This document shows, piece after piece, positions 33,375 through 43,219 of a DNA stretch of 61,662 bases. Within the stretch, counting starts at the first letter, position 1. The number at the start of each line of letters is the position of its first letter. The DNA is taken from positions 1 through 61,662 of the IMG/VR virus record IMGVR_UViG_3300042343_000382. The stretch is one strand, 5' to 3'. The stretch comes from a virus. Its lineage: Duplodnaviria > Caudoviricetes. Below the pieces are notes generated by a model. It did not search any database, was not told the DNA's origin, and saw nothing but the letters and a program-made list of their open reading frames with translations. The translations under genes were made by a program, and so were the position numbers.

Positions 33375-35757
33375 GGACATCCGAAGCACCTCAACACCGT
33401 TCTATAGACACATAGACGTGGTGCTTGAGAGGATAAGAACAGGCTCAAGCAGGGAGCTTATCGAGAGCATACAGCAGGAGCAGGACAAGTCAACCCGTAA
33501 CGAGTTGAAGAAGTCACTCCCAGCGATATGCTTCTCGGGTATATTCACCAAGCGTGCCGATAACTCAATAACTGAGCACAGCGGACTGATCTGTCTAGAC
33601 TTTGATGGATATGCCAGTAAGAAGGAGATGATGGCTGAGAAGCGCTCTATTGCGTCAGACGAGTATGTTATGTCTGTCTTCGTGTCTCCGTCTGGGGATG
33701 GACTGAAGGTTCTTGTTAAGATACCACAGGACATAGACAACCACGTGAGGTACTTCAACGCGCTTGAGAGGCACTTCAACTCACAATACTTCGACACCAC
33801 GTCCAAGAACATATCGAGGGTGTGCTACGAGTCGTACGACGAGGAGGTATACATCAACAAGGAGTCTAAGGTCTGGGAGCAGATGCACGAGGACGAGTTC
33901 GTTGAGATCCAGAAGGCATCGAGCGCACCAACTATTCCGATTACCAACGAGAACAAGATCGTCGACATACTCATAAAGTGGTGGACATCTAAGTACGGTA
34001 TGGTGGACGGTGAGCGTAACCACAACGTGTACATACTGGCTGCAGCCTTCAACGACTACGGGATAAACAAGTCGCTGGCTGAGTACATAATAGGTCAGTT
34101 CGAGCAGACCGACTTCCCTATGTCTGAGATTAAGATGACCATAAACTCAGCCTACAGCCACACCAATAAGTTTGGCACGAAGTACTACGAGGACACGGCA
34201 CGTGTGTCTCAGCTTAAGAAGAAGGTGAAGGACGGGGCGACAGCCAAGCAGATTAAGTCTGAGATGACTGACATTGAGGAGGGTGTCATCGACGCGGTCT
34301 TGGATAAGATTGATAGCGACACAAAGCGTTTCTGGACCAAGAATGACAAGGGTGCTGTGAGCATTATTCACTTCCTATTCAAGGAGTTCTTGGAGGATAA
34401 CGGGTTCTATAAGTTCTACCCTGAGAACACCAAGACGTTTGTCTTTGTAAAGGTCACAAACAACCTGATAGACAACACGTCGGAGGATGAGATCAAGGAC
34501 TTCGTTCTTGCGTACCTTGAGAATATGGACGACCTGTCGGTGTACAACTACTTCGCGGACAAGACTAGGTTCTTTAAGGAGGACTTCCTGTCACTGCTTG
34601 GTTCGGTGGACGTATACTTCGTGGAGGACACGGCAGACACGGCTCACCTGTACTACAACAACTGCGCGGTCAAGGTGACCAAGGATAAGGTGGACATAAT
34701 AGACTACATAGACCTTGAGGGTTACATATGGATGGACCAGGTGATAGACAGAGACTTCGCGATATGTGAGGTCACCGAGTGCGACTTCAAGACCTTCGTC
34801 TCCAACATAGCGGGTGATGACTCCCAGAGGGTTAGCTCGATGGAGAGCACGATAGGGTTCCTGATGCACGGCTACAAGAACCCGTCATACTGCCCAGCGA
34901 TCATCCTGAACGATGAGGTTATATCTGATAATCCTGAGGGTGGTACGGGTAAGGGGCTGTTTGTCAACGCGTTGTCTAAGATCAAGAAGACGGTCACCAT
35001 AGATGGTAAGTCGTTTAACTTTGACAAGTCGTTCGCCTATCAGACAGTCAACGTAGGTACACAGGTGCTGTGTTTTGATGACGTTAAGAAGCACTTCGAC
35101 TTCGAGCGTCTGTTCAGCGTTGTTACTGAGGGGCTTACGGTTGAGAAGAAGAACAAGGACGCGATCAAGCTGCCTTTCAACCGCTCACCTAAGATTATGA
35201 TCACCACTAACTACGCCATCAAGGGCAAGGGGAACTCGTTCGAGAGGCGGAAGTGGGAGCTAGAGTTCAGGCAGTTCTACAGCAAGGAGTTCACACCATT
35301 CGTTGAGTTTGGACGTATGCTGTTCAACGACTGGGACGAGGAGGAGTGGTGCAAGTTCGACAACTATATGATAAATAATTTGAAGTCATATCTAGATACT
35401 GGACTAATAAAGAGTACATTTGTAAACCTTAAGGTTCGTAAGTTGTCGGCAGAGACCTGTCACGAGTTCATCGACTGGTGTGGTATGATAGACGGTAACT
35501 CTCACAACGACAAGATGCGATTGGATGAGCTGTTATATAAACAAGACCTTTACCTGGACTTCATTATGGACAACCCAGACTTTGCACCAAAGGCTAAGAT
35601 GACCATCAGTAGGACTCTGTTTTACAAGTGGTTAGTATCTTACGGACTGTATGTGACTGGCGTTACTCCACTTGAGGGTAGGGATGCCAACGGCAGGTGG
35701 ATTAAGTTCATCACTAAGGATGGAGACACGCATAACACTGAAGAGTTTAAGTTTTGA
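33355..35757 (+). CDS. Primase-helicase (VirE-N/BT4734-like domain, primase C-terminal domain, SF3-type helicase)
   Basis: K..LP.I.FSG.F, SGLICLDFD, FVSPSGDGLK; GERNH; Walker A GGTGKG, Walker B LCFDD, ITTN. Confidence 0.85.
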   Translation: MKITIFKDIRSTSTPFYRHIDVVLERIRTGSSRELIESIQQEQDKSTRNELKKSLPAICFSGIFTKRADNSITEHSGLICLDFDGYASKKEMMAEKRSIASDEYVMSVFVSPSGDGLKVLVKIPQDIDNHVRYFNALERHFNSQYFDTTSKNISRVCYESYDEEVYINKESKVWEQMHEDEFVEIQKASSAPTIPITNENKIVDILIKWWTSKYGMVDGERNHNVYILAAAFNDYGINKSLAEYIIGQFEQTDFPMSEIKMTINSAYSHTNKFGTKYYEDTARVSQLKKKVKDGATAKQIKSEMTDIEEGVIDAVLDKIDSDTKRFWTKNDKGAVSIIHFLFKEFLEDNGFYKFYPENTKTFVFVKVTNNLIDNTSEDEIKDFVLAYLENMDDLSVYNYFADKTRFFKEDFLSLLGSVDVYFVEDTADTAHLYYNNCAVKVTKDKVDIIDYIDLEGYIWMDQVIDRDFAICEVTECDFKTFVSNIAGDDSQRVSSMESTIGFLMHGYKNPSYCPAIILNDEVISDNPEGGTGKGLFVNALSKIKKTVTIDGKSFNFDKSFAYQTVNVGTQVLCFDDVKKHFDFERLFSVVTEGLTVEKKNKDAIKLPFNRSPKIMITTNYAIKGKGNSFERRKWELEFRQFYSKEFTPFVEFGRMLFNDWDEEEWCKFDNYMINNLKSYLDTGLIKSTFVNLKVRKLSAETCHEFIDWCGMIDGNSHNDKMRLDELLYKQDLYLDFIMDNPDFAPKAKMTISRTLFYKWLVSYGLYVTGVTPLEGRDANGRWIKFITKDGDTHNTEEFKF

Positions 35758-36020
35758 TAGATCCAGATGACTTCAGGTGGGCGATACAGAATGACTGGCA
35801 GGTGTACGTCAAGCCCTACGGAGGTGGGGCGTACATAGCCGTCAGGAAGGGAGGCATAACCGCGTGTGGTAAGGACTACCACTACGACAGGGAGACAGGA
35901 TTGGAGTACTACTCCAAAGAAAATTTAGGTAAGGTGTATTATAAAAAAATAGAGATGGCGATGGATGTATTGCCAAAGGTATATAAATTTTTAAGATATG
36001 GAACAGATAATAATAGATAA
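35754..36020 (+). CDS. Hypothetical protein
   Basis: 88 aa, TTGA overlap with primase stop. Confidence 0.65.
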   Translation: MIDPDDFRWAIQNDWQVYVKPYGGGAYIAVRKGGITACGKDYHYDRETGLEYYSKENLGKVYYKKIEMAMDVLPKVYKFLRYGTDNNR

Positions 36021-36270
36021 CAAACACGAGTACGATTACAAGTTAGATAACACAAGACACGAGTTGCACTTCTCGGATAATGATGAGTGGACACGTCCAG
36101 GTGATGTAGGGTTGGAGATATTTGATGACGGAGACGGATTAGACGTGCGAACAGATGATGGTTCATTAGTCTACCTAGACTACCACACAGCAGAGATGTT
36201 GCTTGTGTTACTAAAGTTAGTGAACAGAAAAATAACTTACGAGGTAGTAACTAAAAAAGAGAGGCTATGA
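35998..36270 (+). CDS. Hypothetical protein
   Basis: 90 aa. Confidence 0.7.
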   Translation: MEQIIIDNKHEYDYKLDNTRHELHFSDNDEWTRPGDVGLEIFDDGDGLDVRTDDGSLVYLDYHTAEMLLVLLKLVNRKITYEVVTKKERL

Positions 36271-36425
36271 AAATAATAATTGAAGATAAATTCGAGATAT
36301 ACTCTACCGAGTTTACTAATATGGATGTGTCTATGGAGCAGATTGTAAATTCTTTCAAGGGAATGCTTATGAATTACGGGTTTCATATAGACACTATTAA
36401 CGAATATTTTAAGACAGATGACTAA
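36267..36425 (+). CDS. Hypothetical protein (52 aa)
   Basis: MKIIIEDKFEIYSTEF...FKGMLMNYGFH; ATGA overlap. Confidence 0.6.
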   Translation: MKIIIEDKFEIYSTEFTNMDVSMEQIVNSFKGMLMNYGFHIDTINEYFKTDD

Positions 36426-36693
36426 TTTAAAGAACATCCGTCAGATGACACTGCCGTTATTAGTAGAAGACAAGGCGAATCATTTAATTTATGGAATAGC
36501 TATATATATGCTTTCCTATATTTTTTTAGATAGGTTCTATGCTATGATTCCAGTTATAATTATAGGTGCCCTAAAGGAAGTTTTTGATCACTATTCAGAA
36601 AAAAACAACGCGGATATTTTTGATTTTATCTGGACTGTTGTTGGTGGGTTAATATGTGAGTTAATAATAATAATAAATTTAAATAAGCTATGA
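36418..36693 (+). CDS. Small membrane protein (VanZ-like pattern)
   Basis: DKANHLIYG...KEVFD...DIFDFIWTVVGG, three hydrophobic segments. Confidence 0.7.
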   Translation: MTNLKNIRQMTLPLLVEDKANHLIYGIAIYMLSYIFLDRFYAMIPVIIIGALKEVFDHYSEKNNADIFDFIWTVVGGLICELIIIINLNKL

Positions 36694-37217
36694 GAGAATA
36701 TAAAAACAGGTACGGTGATGTGTTCACATTTAGAGAGGATGACCACCAGGACATTTTATGGGAGGGTAACTTTGAGTACTGCAGGTTCGGTATGCCGAAT
36801 GACTACACAATGGCTTACGAGGCTTATCTAAAGGATAACGAGCACGTTCAGTCCTTGATGCCACTTAAACAGTTTAAGGAAGCCGTTCACGAGTATGATG
36901 ACGAGACTCATCAGTACATATACGACAAGTACGTCAGGATGGTTGGCTCACTGGTTAATGAGATTGAGATGGTGGATCCGAGTGGTGGTCCTTACATCAC
37001 TAGAGGTATGCCATTGGACAGCTTTGGGTTCAAGGACTATATAGTCAAGGACTTCAAGCGTATTGATACTGGATACAAGATCATCACAGAGAAGTGTGAC
37101 TACTGCGGTCTTGCAGGTAAGAAACATAAGATGGGATGCGAGACACGTAAGGTGACTATATTCTACGAACAGATGGAGAAGGAGGTGCACCAGAACAGGA
37201 GTAACCTAAACGAGTAA
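36690..37217 (+). CDS. Hypothetical protein
   Basis: YKNRYGD..TF, MVDPSGGPYI, C-terminal CDYC...HKMGC. Confidence 0.75.
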   Translation: MREYKNRYGDVFTFREDDHQDILWEGNFEYCRFGMPNDYTMAYEAYLKDNEHVQSLMPLKQFKEAVHEYDDETHQYIYDKYVRMVGSLVNEIEMVDPSGGPYITRGMPLDSFGFKDYIVKDFKRIDTGYKIITEKCDYCGLAGKKHKMGCETRKVTIFYEQMEKEVHQNRSNLNE

Positions 37218-37307
37218 GATTGTATATTATATTATACAAAAACACTGAAAAGTGTATAAAATGTATACTATATTGTACGAATAAATGTAACTTAAACGAT
37301 TAAACTT

Positions 37308-37901
37308 ATGAGACTAAAGTATTTTATAAACGACTTTTATTTTTTGAGAGTATATAACTCTCCATTTAAACCTTTAAAACTTAAGTTTTATTGCGGTAAG
37401 ATTGCATTAGGTACACCATATTTTTATCCACGCAAATGGGTAAAGGGTACGCCTAAGTTAATTAATGATTCTGTTTTAAAGCATATAGAGAGAGAAAAAA
37501 GATATAATGAACTCAATCCTAATCACGCAAGAACTATAAAATCTTATGATGAAATATACGAGGAAAAGAAAAGTTATTCCTACGCTGTTCCTAAAAAGAT
37601 AGGATTTGATTTTGTTAGACTGGGTTGGAAGACTAAATATGATGACTACAGATTTGAATGGAGTCCTATGATTTCTTTTGTATTCTTTAAATGGCAGATA
37701 GCTGTAACATTTGTTGCACCACATTTAGACCATTACTGGGAAAGTTGGTTGTATTATACAAGAGAAACTAAAGGCACTACAGCAGAAAGAATAGCTCAGT
37801 GTAGGAAAGAAGCACCACAAACTTGGACAAGTCATAACAGTGATGGTACAAAAGAAACAATAGATTATTATAATTTAATCTTAAAAAAGAAATGGTTATG
37901 A
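37308..37901 (+). CDS. Hypothetical protein, aromatic-rich
   Basis: 197 aa, LGWKTKYDDYRFEWSP. Confidence 0.75.
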   Translation: MRLKYFINDFYFLRVYNSPFKPLKLKFYCGKIALGTPYFYPRKWVKGTPKLINDSVLKHIEREKRYNELNPNHARTIKSYDEIYEEKKSYSYAVPKKIGFDFVRLGWKTKYDDYRFEWSPMISFVFFKWQIAVTFVAPHLDHYWESWLYYTRETKGTTAERIAQCRKEAPQTWTSHNSDGTKETIDYYNLILKKKWL

Positions 37902-39118
37902 AATTACGTGAGTATCAAGTAGATATAGCCAACAAAGGTGTTAACGTACTTAAGTCAAAAGGAATAGTTTACTACGCACTAGAAGTTCGTGTAGGTAAAA
38001 CTTTGATATCCCTTGAGACAGCAAAGTTGTTTGGAGCTAAGAAAATGTTATTCCTTACCAAAAAGAAGGCTATATCATCTATCGAGTCTGACTACATTAA
38101 CTTTGGCTACGACAAGCACTTCGAATTGTTTGTGCACAATGACGAGTCTATGCACAAGATCGATGGTAAGTTTGACTTAGTTGTCCACGACGAGCACCAC
38201 CGCTTCGGATCATTTCCAAAGCCAAGCCTTGGAGCTAAGACCTTCAAGAAGATGTTCGGTCACCTTCCTGCTATATTCCTATCAGGCACGCCTAGTCCTG
38301 AGAACTATTCTCAGTTCTATCACCAGTTCTGGTGCAGTCTATTCTCACCATTCAAGGAGATAAACTTCTACAAGTGGGCTGCTAACTACGTGAATATCAA
38401 GATGAAACACCTAGGTTACGCTCAGGTTAAAGACTACACCGACGCTGACATCAACAAGATTATGAGTGTGATAAAGCTGTACATCATAACTTTTACGCAG
38501 GAGCAGGCTGGCTTTACGTCTGAAATTGAGGAGGAGGTTCTAAAGGTGAAGATGAAGAACTCTACGTATGAAATGTGCGACAGACTACGTAAGGATCTTG
38601 TGATAGAGGGTAAGAACCAGGTAATACTAGCAGACACGTCGGTAAAGTTACAGCAGAAGCTACACCAGATGTACTCAGGCACCATTAAGTTCGAGAGCGG
38701 TGATTCTATGGTTATAGATCTAAGCAAGGCTGAGTTTATACACTCTTACTTCAAGAATAAAAAAATTGGGATATTCTACAAGTTTGTGGAGGAACTTAAC
38801 GCATTAAAGACTATCTTTGGCGACAGGTTGACTACAGATCTTGATGAGTTTAATGATACCAATAAGTCTATAGCACTTCAGATTGTATCTGGACGTGAGG
38901 GGATCTCACTTAAGAATGCTGATTTTTTAGTGTTCTACAACATAGACTTCTCAGCCACAAGCTATTGGCAGGCTAGGGATCGAATGCTTACAAAAGATAG
39001 GTTAAACAATAAAGTCTACTGGATATTCTCCGACGGAGGTATCGAGGAGAAGATCTATAAGTCGGTCATTAAAAAGAAATCATACACAACCAACCACTTT
39101 AAAAAGGATTACCTATGA
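37892..39118 (+). CDS. Superfamily 2 (SNF2-like) helicase
   Basis: LREYQ Q-motif, VRVGKT, DEHH, LSGTP, SGREGISL, YWQARDR. Confidence 0.88.
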   Translation: MVMKLREYQVDIANKGVNVLKSKGIVYYALEVRVGKTLISLETAKLFGAKKMLFLTKKKAISSIESDYINFGYDKHFELFVHNDESMHKIDGKFDLVVHDEHHRFGSFPKPSLGAKTFKKMFGHLPAIFLSGTPSPENYSQFYHQFWCSLFSPFKEINFYKWAANYVNIKMKHLGYAQVKDYTDADINKIMSVIKLYIITFTQEQAGFTSEIEEEVLKVKMKNSTYEMCDRLRKDLVIEGKNQVILADTSVKLQQKLHQMYSGTIKFESGDSMVIDLSKAEFIHSYFKNKKIGIFYKFVEELNALKTIFGDRLTTDLDEFNDTNKSIALQIVSGREGISLKNADFLVFYNIDFSATSYWQARDRMLTKDRLNNKVYWIFSDGGIEEKIYKSVIKKKSYTTNHFKKDYL

Positions 39119-39525
39119 CACAGCAAGAAGAAGTTATGGAGTTGATTTCAACTCATCCTATTAAGAAATCAGATCTAGGTTTTCACGGTAACTTATTTGG
39201 AGGAAAGTTACTAGCCTGGATGGATGCCTCAGCCGCTGCCTTTGCGATGCAGGTCTGTGATACTCCAAGAATGGTCACCGTGATGATTGATCAGTGTTCA
39301 TTTAAAAAACCTGCAAAGGAGGGGCAATTGATTAAGATTTATGGTAGAGTCTCTAAGATAGGGAACACGTCCATAACAATTTATATGGAAGCTCGCTCAC
39401 ACAGTGTTTATTCTGGACAACAAAACACAATACTAGATACAAATATGAAGTTTGTAAGGATAGATGAAGGCGGAGACGCGATACCAATTTCAGGGAAAGT
39501 AAAACAAATATATAATAACCTATGA
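39115..39525 (+). CDS. Acyl-CoA thioesterase (hotdog fold, YciA-like)
   Basis: DLGFHGNLFGGKLLAWMD...VT...F..P...G...IGNTSI...FVRID..G. Confidence 0.88.
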   Translation: MTQQEEVMELISTHPIKKSDLGFHGNLFGGKLLAWMDASAAAFAMQVCDTPRMVTVMIDQCSFKKPAKEGQLIKIYGRVSKIGNTSITIYMEARSHSVYSGQQNTILDTNMKFVRIDEGGDAIPISGKVKQIYNNL

Positions 39526-39743
39526 AAGAAAAGTATATAAAAATGAGAAACAGTGGTAAGTATGACCTTCAGTGGTTCTACGACTATTACAGACAGAACA
39601 GCGGTGATAGTATAGACATCAACACGTTTGGTATGGTGTTTAACTCAGTTAATCTTGATAGCATACTAGAGCACATCGACAGGAAGTTTGGACTGACAAG
39701 GATTTACGATAAGAACAATAACTTTATAAAGGCGTATGACTGA
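39522..39743 (+). CDS. Hypothetical protein
   Basis: 73 aa. Confidence 0.7.
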   Translation: MKEKYIKMRNSGKYDLQWFYDYYRQNSGDSIDINTFGMVFNSVNLDSILEHIDRKFGLTRIYDKNNNFIKAYD

Positions 39744-39975
39744 GCAACAAATACAATCCAAGAGAATTAAACAGCTCGAGGCAGAGGGATACTACGTCTT
39801 GAAGCTCCAGAAGACAAACAAGAACGGCATACCTGACATCATAGCTTTAAAGGAAAACGAGATACTATTCTCGGAGATTAAGACACCTAAGGGCAAGCTG
39901 TCTGAGATACAGAAATACAGAATGAAAGAATTAGAGAGTTACGGATTTAAAACAGAACTATACAATGGAGAATAG
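39736..39975 (+). CDS. VRR-NUC domain nuclease
   Basis: TEQQIQ...GIPDI...FSEIKTPKGKLSEIQ. Confidence 0.88.
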   Translation: MTEQQIQSKRIKQLEAEGYYVLKLQKTNKNGIPDIIALKENEILFSEIKTPKGKLSEIQKYRMKELESYGFKTELYNGE

Positions 39976-40429
39976 AGTAGAGAATTTATTAAACATCATA
40001 TCTAGTGAGTATGGTGTAGACATTTTTAGTAGTAGCAGGGAGAGGGACTGTGTTGAGGCGAGGGCGATATTTTCAAAGATCCTTTACTCGCACAACCACC
40101 TTGGGTATACAAAGATCGGTAGGTTGCTTGGTAAGAACCACGCGACTATCTATCACTACATCAAGAACTTTGATACCTGGAGTAAGTACGACGATAGGTT
40201 AAAATCAAAGTACCTTAACATCTTAAGCGTATTCTCAAGGGATATGGAGATAGGAAGCGTTGAGGATACTAGAAAGATATGGTACGAGAATATCATACTA
40301 TCAACAAAAATTGAAAAGCTAGAGGCTAAGCTGTCAAGTGAACTATACGCTTTACTTGACAAGGTTCCAGAGAACAAGGCGTTCCTAGTTTACGAGAGAC
40401 TTGAATCAATAATCAAGATGAACTGTTGA
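39965..40429 (+). CDS. DnaA C-terminal-like HTH DNA-binding protein
   Basis: SRER..VEAR.I...YTKIGRLLGKNHATIYH. Confidence 0.75.
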   Translation: MENRVENLLNIISSEYGVDIFSSSRERDCVEARAIFSKILYSHNHLGYTKIGRLLGKNHATIYHYIKNFDTWSKYDDRLKSKYLNILSVFSRDMEIGSVEDTRKIWYENIILSTKIEKLEAKLSSELYALLDKVPENKAFLVYERLESIIKMNC

Positions 40430-40440
40430 TAACTTTTTAC

Positions 40441-40460
40441 GTCATAAATTAATTTATGAC
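40441..40460. promoter_or_regulatory. Perfect 20-bp palindrome, possible operator
   Basis: GTCATAAATTAATTTATGAC is its own reverse complement; intergenic. Confidence 0.45.
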
Positions 40461-40486
40461 ATAAATTGCAATAAAAAACACACAAA

Positions 40487-40654
40487 ATGAGTAATACAGC
40501 CCACGTTAATTCGGTTATGAAGTCAATAAATTTGTACACCGACAACATCTATGAGAGCCTTATGGATGGAGATAGAGATGAATTGAACAGAAGTATCTAC
40601 CTACTAACAGCTCTGCTTAAGGAAATACAGCAGACATTTAAAGAAGAAATATAA
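40487..40654 (+). CDS. Hypothetical protein (55 aa)
   Basis: MSNTAHVNSVMKSINLYTDNIYESLMDGD...; TAATG overlap. Confidence 0.65.
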   Translation: MSNTAHVNSVMKSINLYTDNIYESLMDGDRDELNRSIYLLTALLKEIQQTFKEEI

Positions 40655-41943
40655 TGAAACACAACTATCCATTTGAGATGCAGGAGAGGGTTCTCTCTCT
40701 TGTGTCCGAGGGGTTATCTATAACTGCTGCCTCAAAGGAGGCGTGCAAGGAGTATGGATACCCCTACGAAGACTCTATTAGGAGACACTTCTCAAACCAC
40801 ATAAACAAGGTGAACGAGACTACAGAGAACATCACCTACACCGACACTAATACCAATCAATACACATCAGAATTATCTAATATGCCATCAGCTTGGTCAT
40901 ATAAAGATAATAGATTTTATTCTATTGAAGAATATTGTGATGTATATGGTTTAGATAAAAAATCAGTTAAGAGTTCTAAGTTAGTTAGTCATAATGCTTC
41001 GCATATGGTATATAATATAGCATTCTTTACAGATGAAGAAGAAGCAGTTATAGAAGTAGATAATCATTTAGAAGATATTATTCAAAAATATATAAAGCCA
41101 ATCGAAGTAAAAACTCAGAAAAGAATAATTTCAGAATATTTTGATAGACTTGTTTATACCGATGTTCATATAGCTATGAATGTTCAAGGTAAAGATGGAG
41201 ATCCTTTATATGATGGAAAGTGGGATGAAGAAGAAATATTAAGTAGATTAGAACGTATGATAGATCACGTTAAAAGATTTAAATCTTCTGACATACTTAT
41301 CATTGATGATTTAGGTGATTTTATGGATGGACTAGGAGGTCAAACAACTAGAAAAGGACACGAGCTGCCTCAAAATATGAATGATAAAGAAGCTTTTGAT
41401 TTAGCCTTGCGTTTTAAACTTACTTTAGTTGATGCTTTAGTTTTAGAGTATGATAAAATAATATGTAATAATGTTACTAATGATAATCACAGTGGAGTAT
41501 TCTCTTATTTTGTTTCATCTGCTGTTAAAGGAATTTTAGAACAAAGATATCCTGGATTAGTTAAGGTTAATTCTTTTAAAAGATTTATGCATCACTATTC
41601 TATTAACAATCATACATTTGTAATATCTCACGGTAAAGATATTGGAGAGAATAAATTTGGGTTTAAACCAAAATTAGATGCTATACAAGCTGAAAAGATT
41701 GATCAGTATTGTAAAGAACATAAGTTATACAACGGAAACTTTATAGAGTTCTCTAAAGGAGATAGTCATCAAGCAATTTATGATGACACAACAAGTAATG
41801 ATTTTAGTTACTATAACTACCCTGCGTTTTCACCCCCGTCTAATTGGGTTAAAACAAATTTTAAAAACAGTAAATCAGGATTTAACTTTTTTAATATTCA
41901 AAAAGATAGTAATATAAAAGTATCAATACCATATTGGTTTTAA
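40654..41943 (+). CDS. Calcineurin-like metallophosphoesterase with N-terminal HTH-like region
   Basis: TDVH, LGDFMDG, DNH, SHG, GDSH motifs in order. Confidence 0.85.
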   Translation: MKHNYPFEMQERVLSLVSEGLSITAASKEACKEYGYPYEDSIRRHFSNHINKVNETTENITYTDTNTNQYTSELSNMPSAWSYKDNRFYSIEEYCDVYGLDKKSVKSSKLVSHNASHMVYNIAFFTDEEEAVIEVDNHLEDIIQKYIKPIEVKTQKRIISEYFDRLVYTDVHIAMNVQGKDGDPLYDGKWDEEEILSRLERMIDHVKRFKSSDILIIDDLGDFMDGLGGQTTRKGHELPQNMNDKEAFDLALRFKLTLVDALVLEYDKIICNNVTNDNHSGVFSYFVSSAVKGILEQRYPGLVKVNSFKRFMHHYSINNHTFVISHGKDIGENKFGFKPKLDAIQAEKIDQYCKEHKLYNGNFIEFSKGDSHQAIYDDTTSNDFSYYNYPAFSPPSNWVKTNFKNSKSGFNFFNIQKDSNIKVSIPYWF

Positions 41944-41972
41944 TTTGGCATAATTCTTGATATAATAAATAT

Positions 41973-42066
41973 TAAGTTATTGAGATGAAGACTTTAACTT
42001 ATTATAAAATATTTTAAATCCCGAATTATGAAGAGCTTCATCCTCTGATTAGTTCGGGTATTTTTA
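41973..42066 (+). ncRNA. Two-hairpin kissing-loop element with U-tract
   Basis: Loop GATGAAG (41984-90) complementary to loop CTTCATC (42036-42); second stem CCCGAATTA/TAGTTCGGG followed by T-run. Confidence 0.6.
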
Positions 42067-42074
42067 TTTTAATT

Positions 42075-42803
42075 ATGAATCAAACTAAAAAATGTAGCAC
42101 TTGCAAAACTGAAAAAACTTTAGATAATTTTTATTTAAATTCAAAATTGTCTTATGGAGTTCATTCAGTTTGTAAAAAATGTAGTGTTTATAAAGCTGGA
42201 ATTTGGGCAAAAAACAACCCTAAAAAAATGGCTGCAAACGGTAAAAAATATAGAGATTCAAATTTAGAAAAAGAACGATTAAGATCTAAAAAGTATAGCA
42301 ATAATAATAAAGAATCTATACAAATATATAGATTAAACTATAAACAAAAAAACAAAGATAAAATAAATGAATATGAAAGAAATAGAAGAAAAAAAGATAA
42401 TTTATTTAGAATAAAGGGAGTAACAAGATGTCTATTAAAAGACGCTTTCACTAGAGCTTGCGATGGTAAGTTTCCTAAAAAAAATAAAAGAAGTGAAGAT
42501 ATTATAGGGTGTAAGTTTGAATATCTTCTTGAAAACCTACAGAAACAATTTATAAATTGGATGAGTTGGGATAATCAAGGATATTGTAAAAATTTAAATT
42601 ATAATTGTGCTTGGCACATAGATCATATAATACCTGTATCATATGCAAAAACAGAAGAAGAGATATATTTATTAAATCACTGGTCTAACTTACAACCATT
42701 ATGTGGTAAAATAAATTTACAAAAGCAAAATACTGTTTATCCTTGCACTAATTTAGAATTGAAAATTACCTTTTGGAAAACACATTACGAAACAATACAA
42801 TAA
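42075..42803 (+). CDS. HNH homing endonuclease
   Basis: CSTC...CKKC, WMSWDN.G, WHIDHIIP, LNHWSNLQPL...NLQK. Confidence 0.88.
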   Translation: MNQTKKCSTCKTEKTLDNFYLNSKLSYGVHSVCKKCSVYKAGIWAKNNPKKMAANGKKYRDSNLEKERLRSKKYSNNNKESIQIYRLNYKQKNKDKINEYERNRRKKDNLFRIKGVTRCLLKDAFTRACDGKFPKKNKRSEDIIGCKFEYLLENLQKQFINWMSWDNQGYCKNLNYNCAWHIDHIIPVSYAKTEEEIYLLNHWSNLQPLCGKINLQKQNTVYPCTNLELKITFWKTHYETIQ

Positions 42804-42815
42804 ACAAATTTAATT

Positions 42816-43076
42816 ATGACATATTTAGACGAACACATTATAGATATAGTGGTGAACGAGCCACAAGTATTAGAGTTTCCTAAGCTAACTGGAGACTCTA
42901 TAGTAAACAACGTCATAGAAAGCTTTATAGAGCGTTCTAACGTAGGATTTGCTAAGTATGGAACCAACTTAGATAGAAAGGATTTAAGCTTCTTAGATTG
43001 GCTGAATCACGCCCAACAGGAAGCAATGGATTTTGTACTATATTTAGAGAAACTAAAACAGGAACACAATGGGTAG
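42816..43076 (+). CDS. Conserved phage helical protein, possibly nucleotide pyrophosphatase-like
   Basis: RS.VG..KYGTNLDR.DL...WLNHAQQEAMD..LY. Confidence 0.6.
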   Translation: MTYLDEHIIDIVVNEPQVLEFPKLTGDSIVNNVIESFIERSNVGFAKYGTNLDRKDLSFLDWLNHAQQEAMDFVLYLEKLKQEHNG

Positions 43077-43212
43077 AAAGTCACAAACAATAACGCCAAT
43101 GCAGAGGATAAAGATAGTGATGAACTACCTTCACCTTAGGGGCGGAAATTCAGAAAGGGTAAACAATGTTTATAGAAAGATTGTTGAAGAGAAATTTAAG
43201 GGAGCTAATTAG
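43069..43212 (+). CDS. Hypothetical protein (47 aa), last plus-strand gene
   Basis: MGRKSQTITPMQRIKIVMNYLHLRGGNSERVNNVYRKIVEEKFKGAN. Confidence 0.6.
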   Translation: MGRKSQTITPMQRIKIVMNYLHLRGGNSERVNNVYRKIVEEKFKGAN

Positions 43213-43219
43213 CTCCCTT
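43198..43219. terminator. Palindrome at convergence point, probable bidirectional terminator
   Basis: AAGGGAGCTAATTAGCTCCCTT, perfect 22-bp palindrome containing both TAG stops. Confidence 0.7.

Noticed and set aside
33402-35882. Numerous alternative-frame and antisense ORFs within the primase-helicase (similarly within groEL, terL, portal)
   Set aside because: Shadows of genes with GC-rich third positions; no motifs or start context
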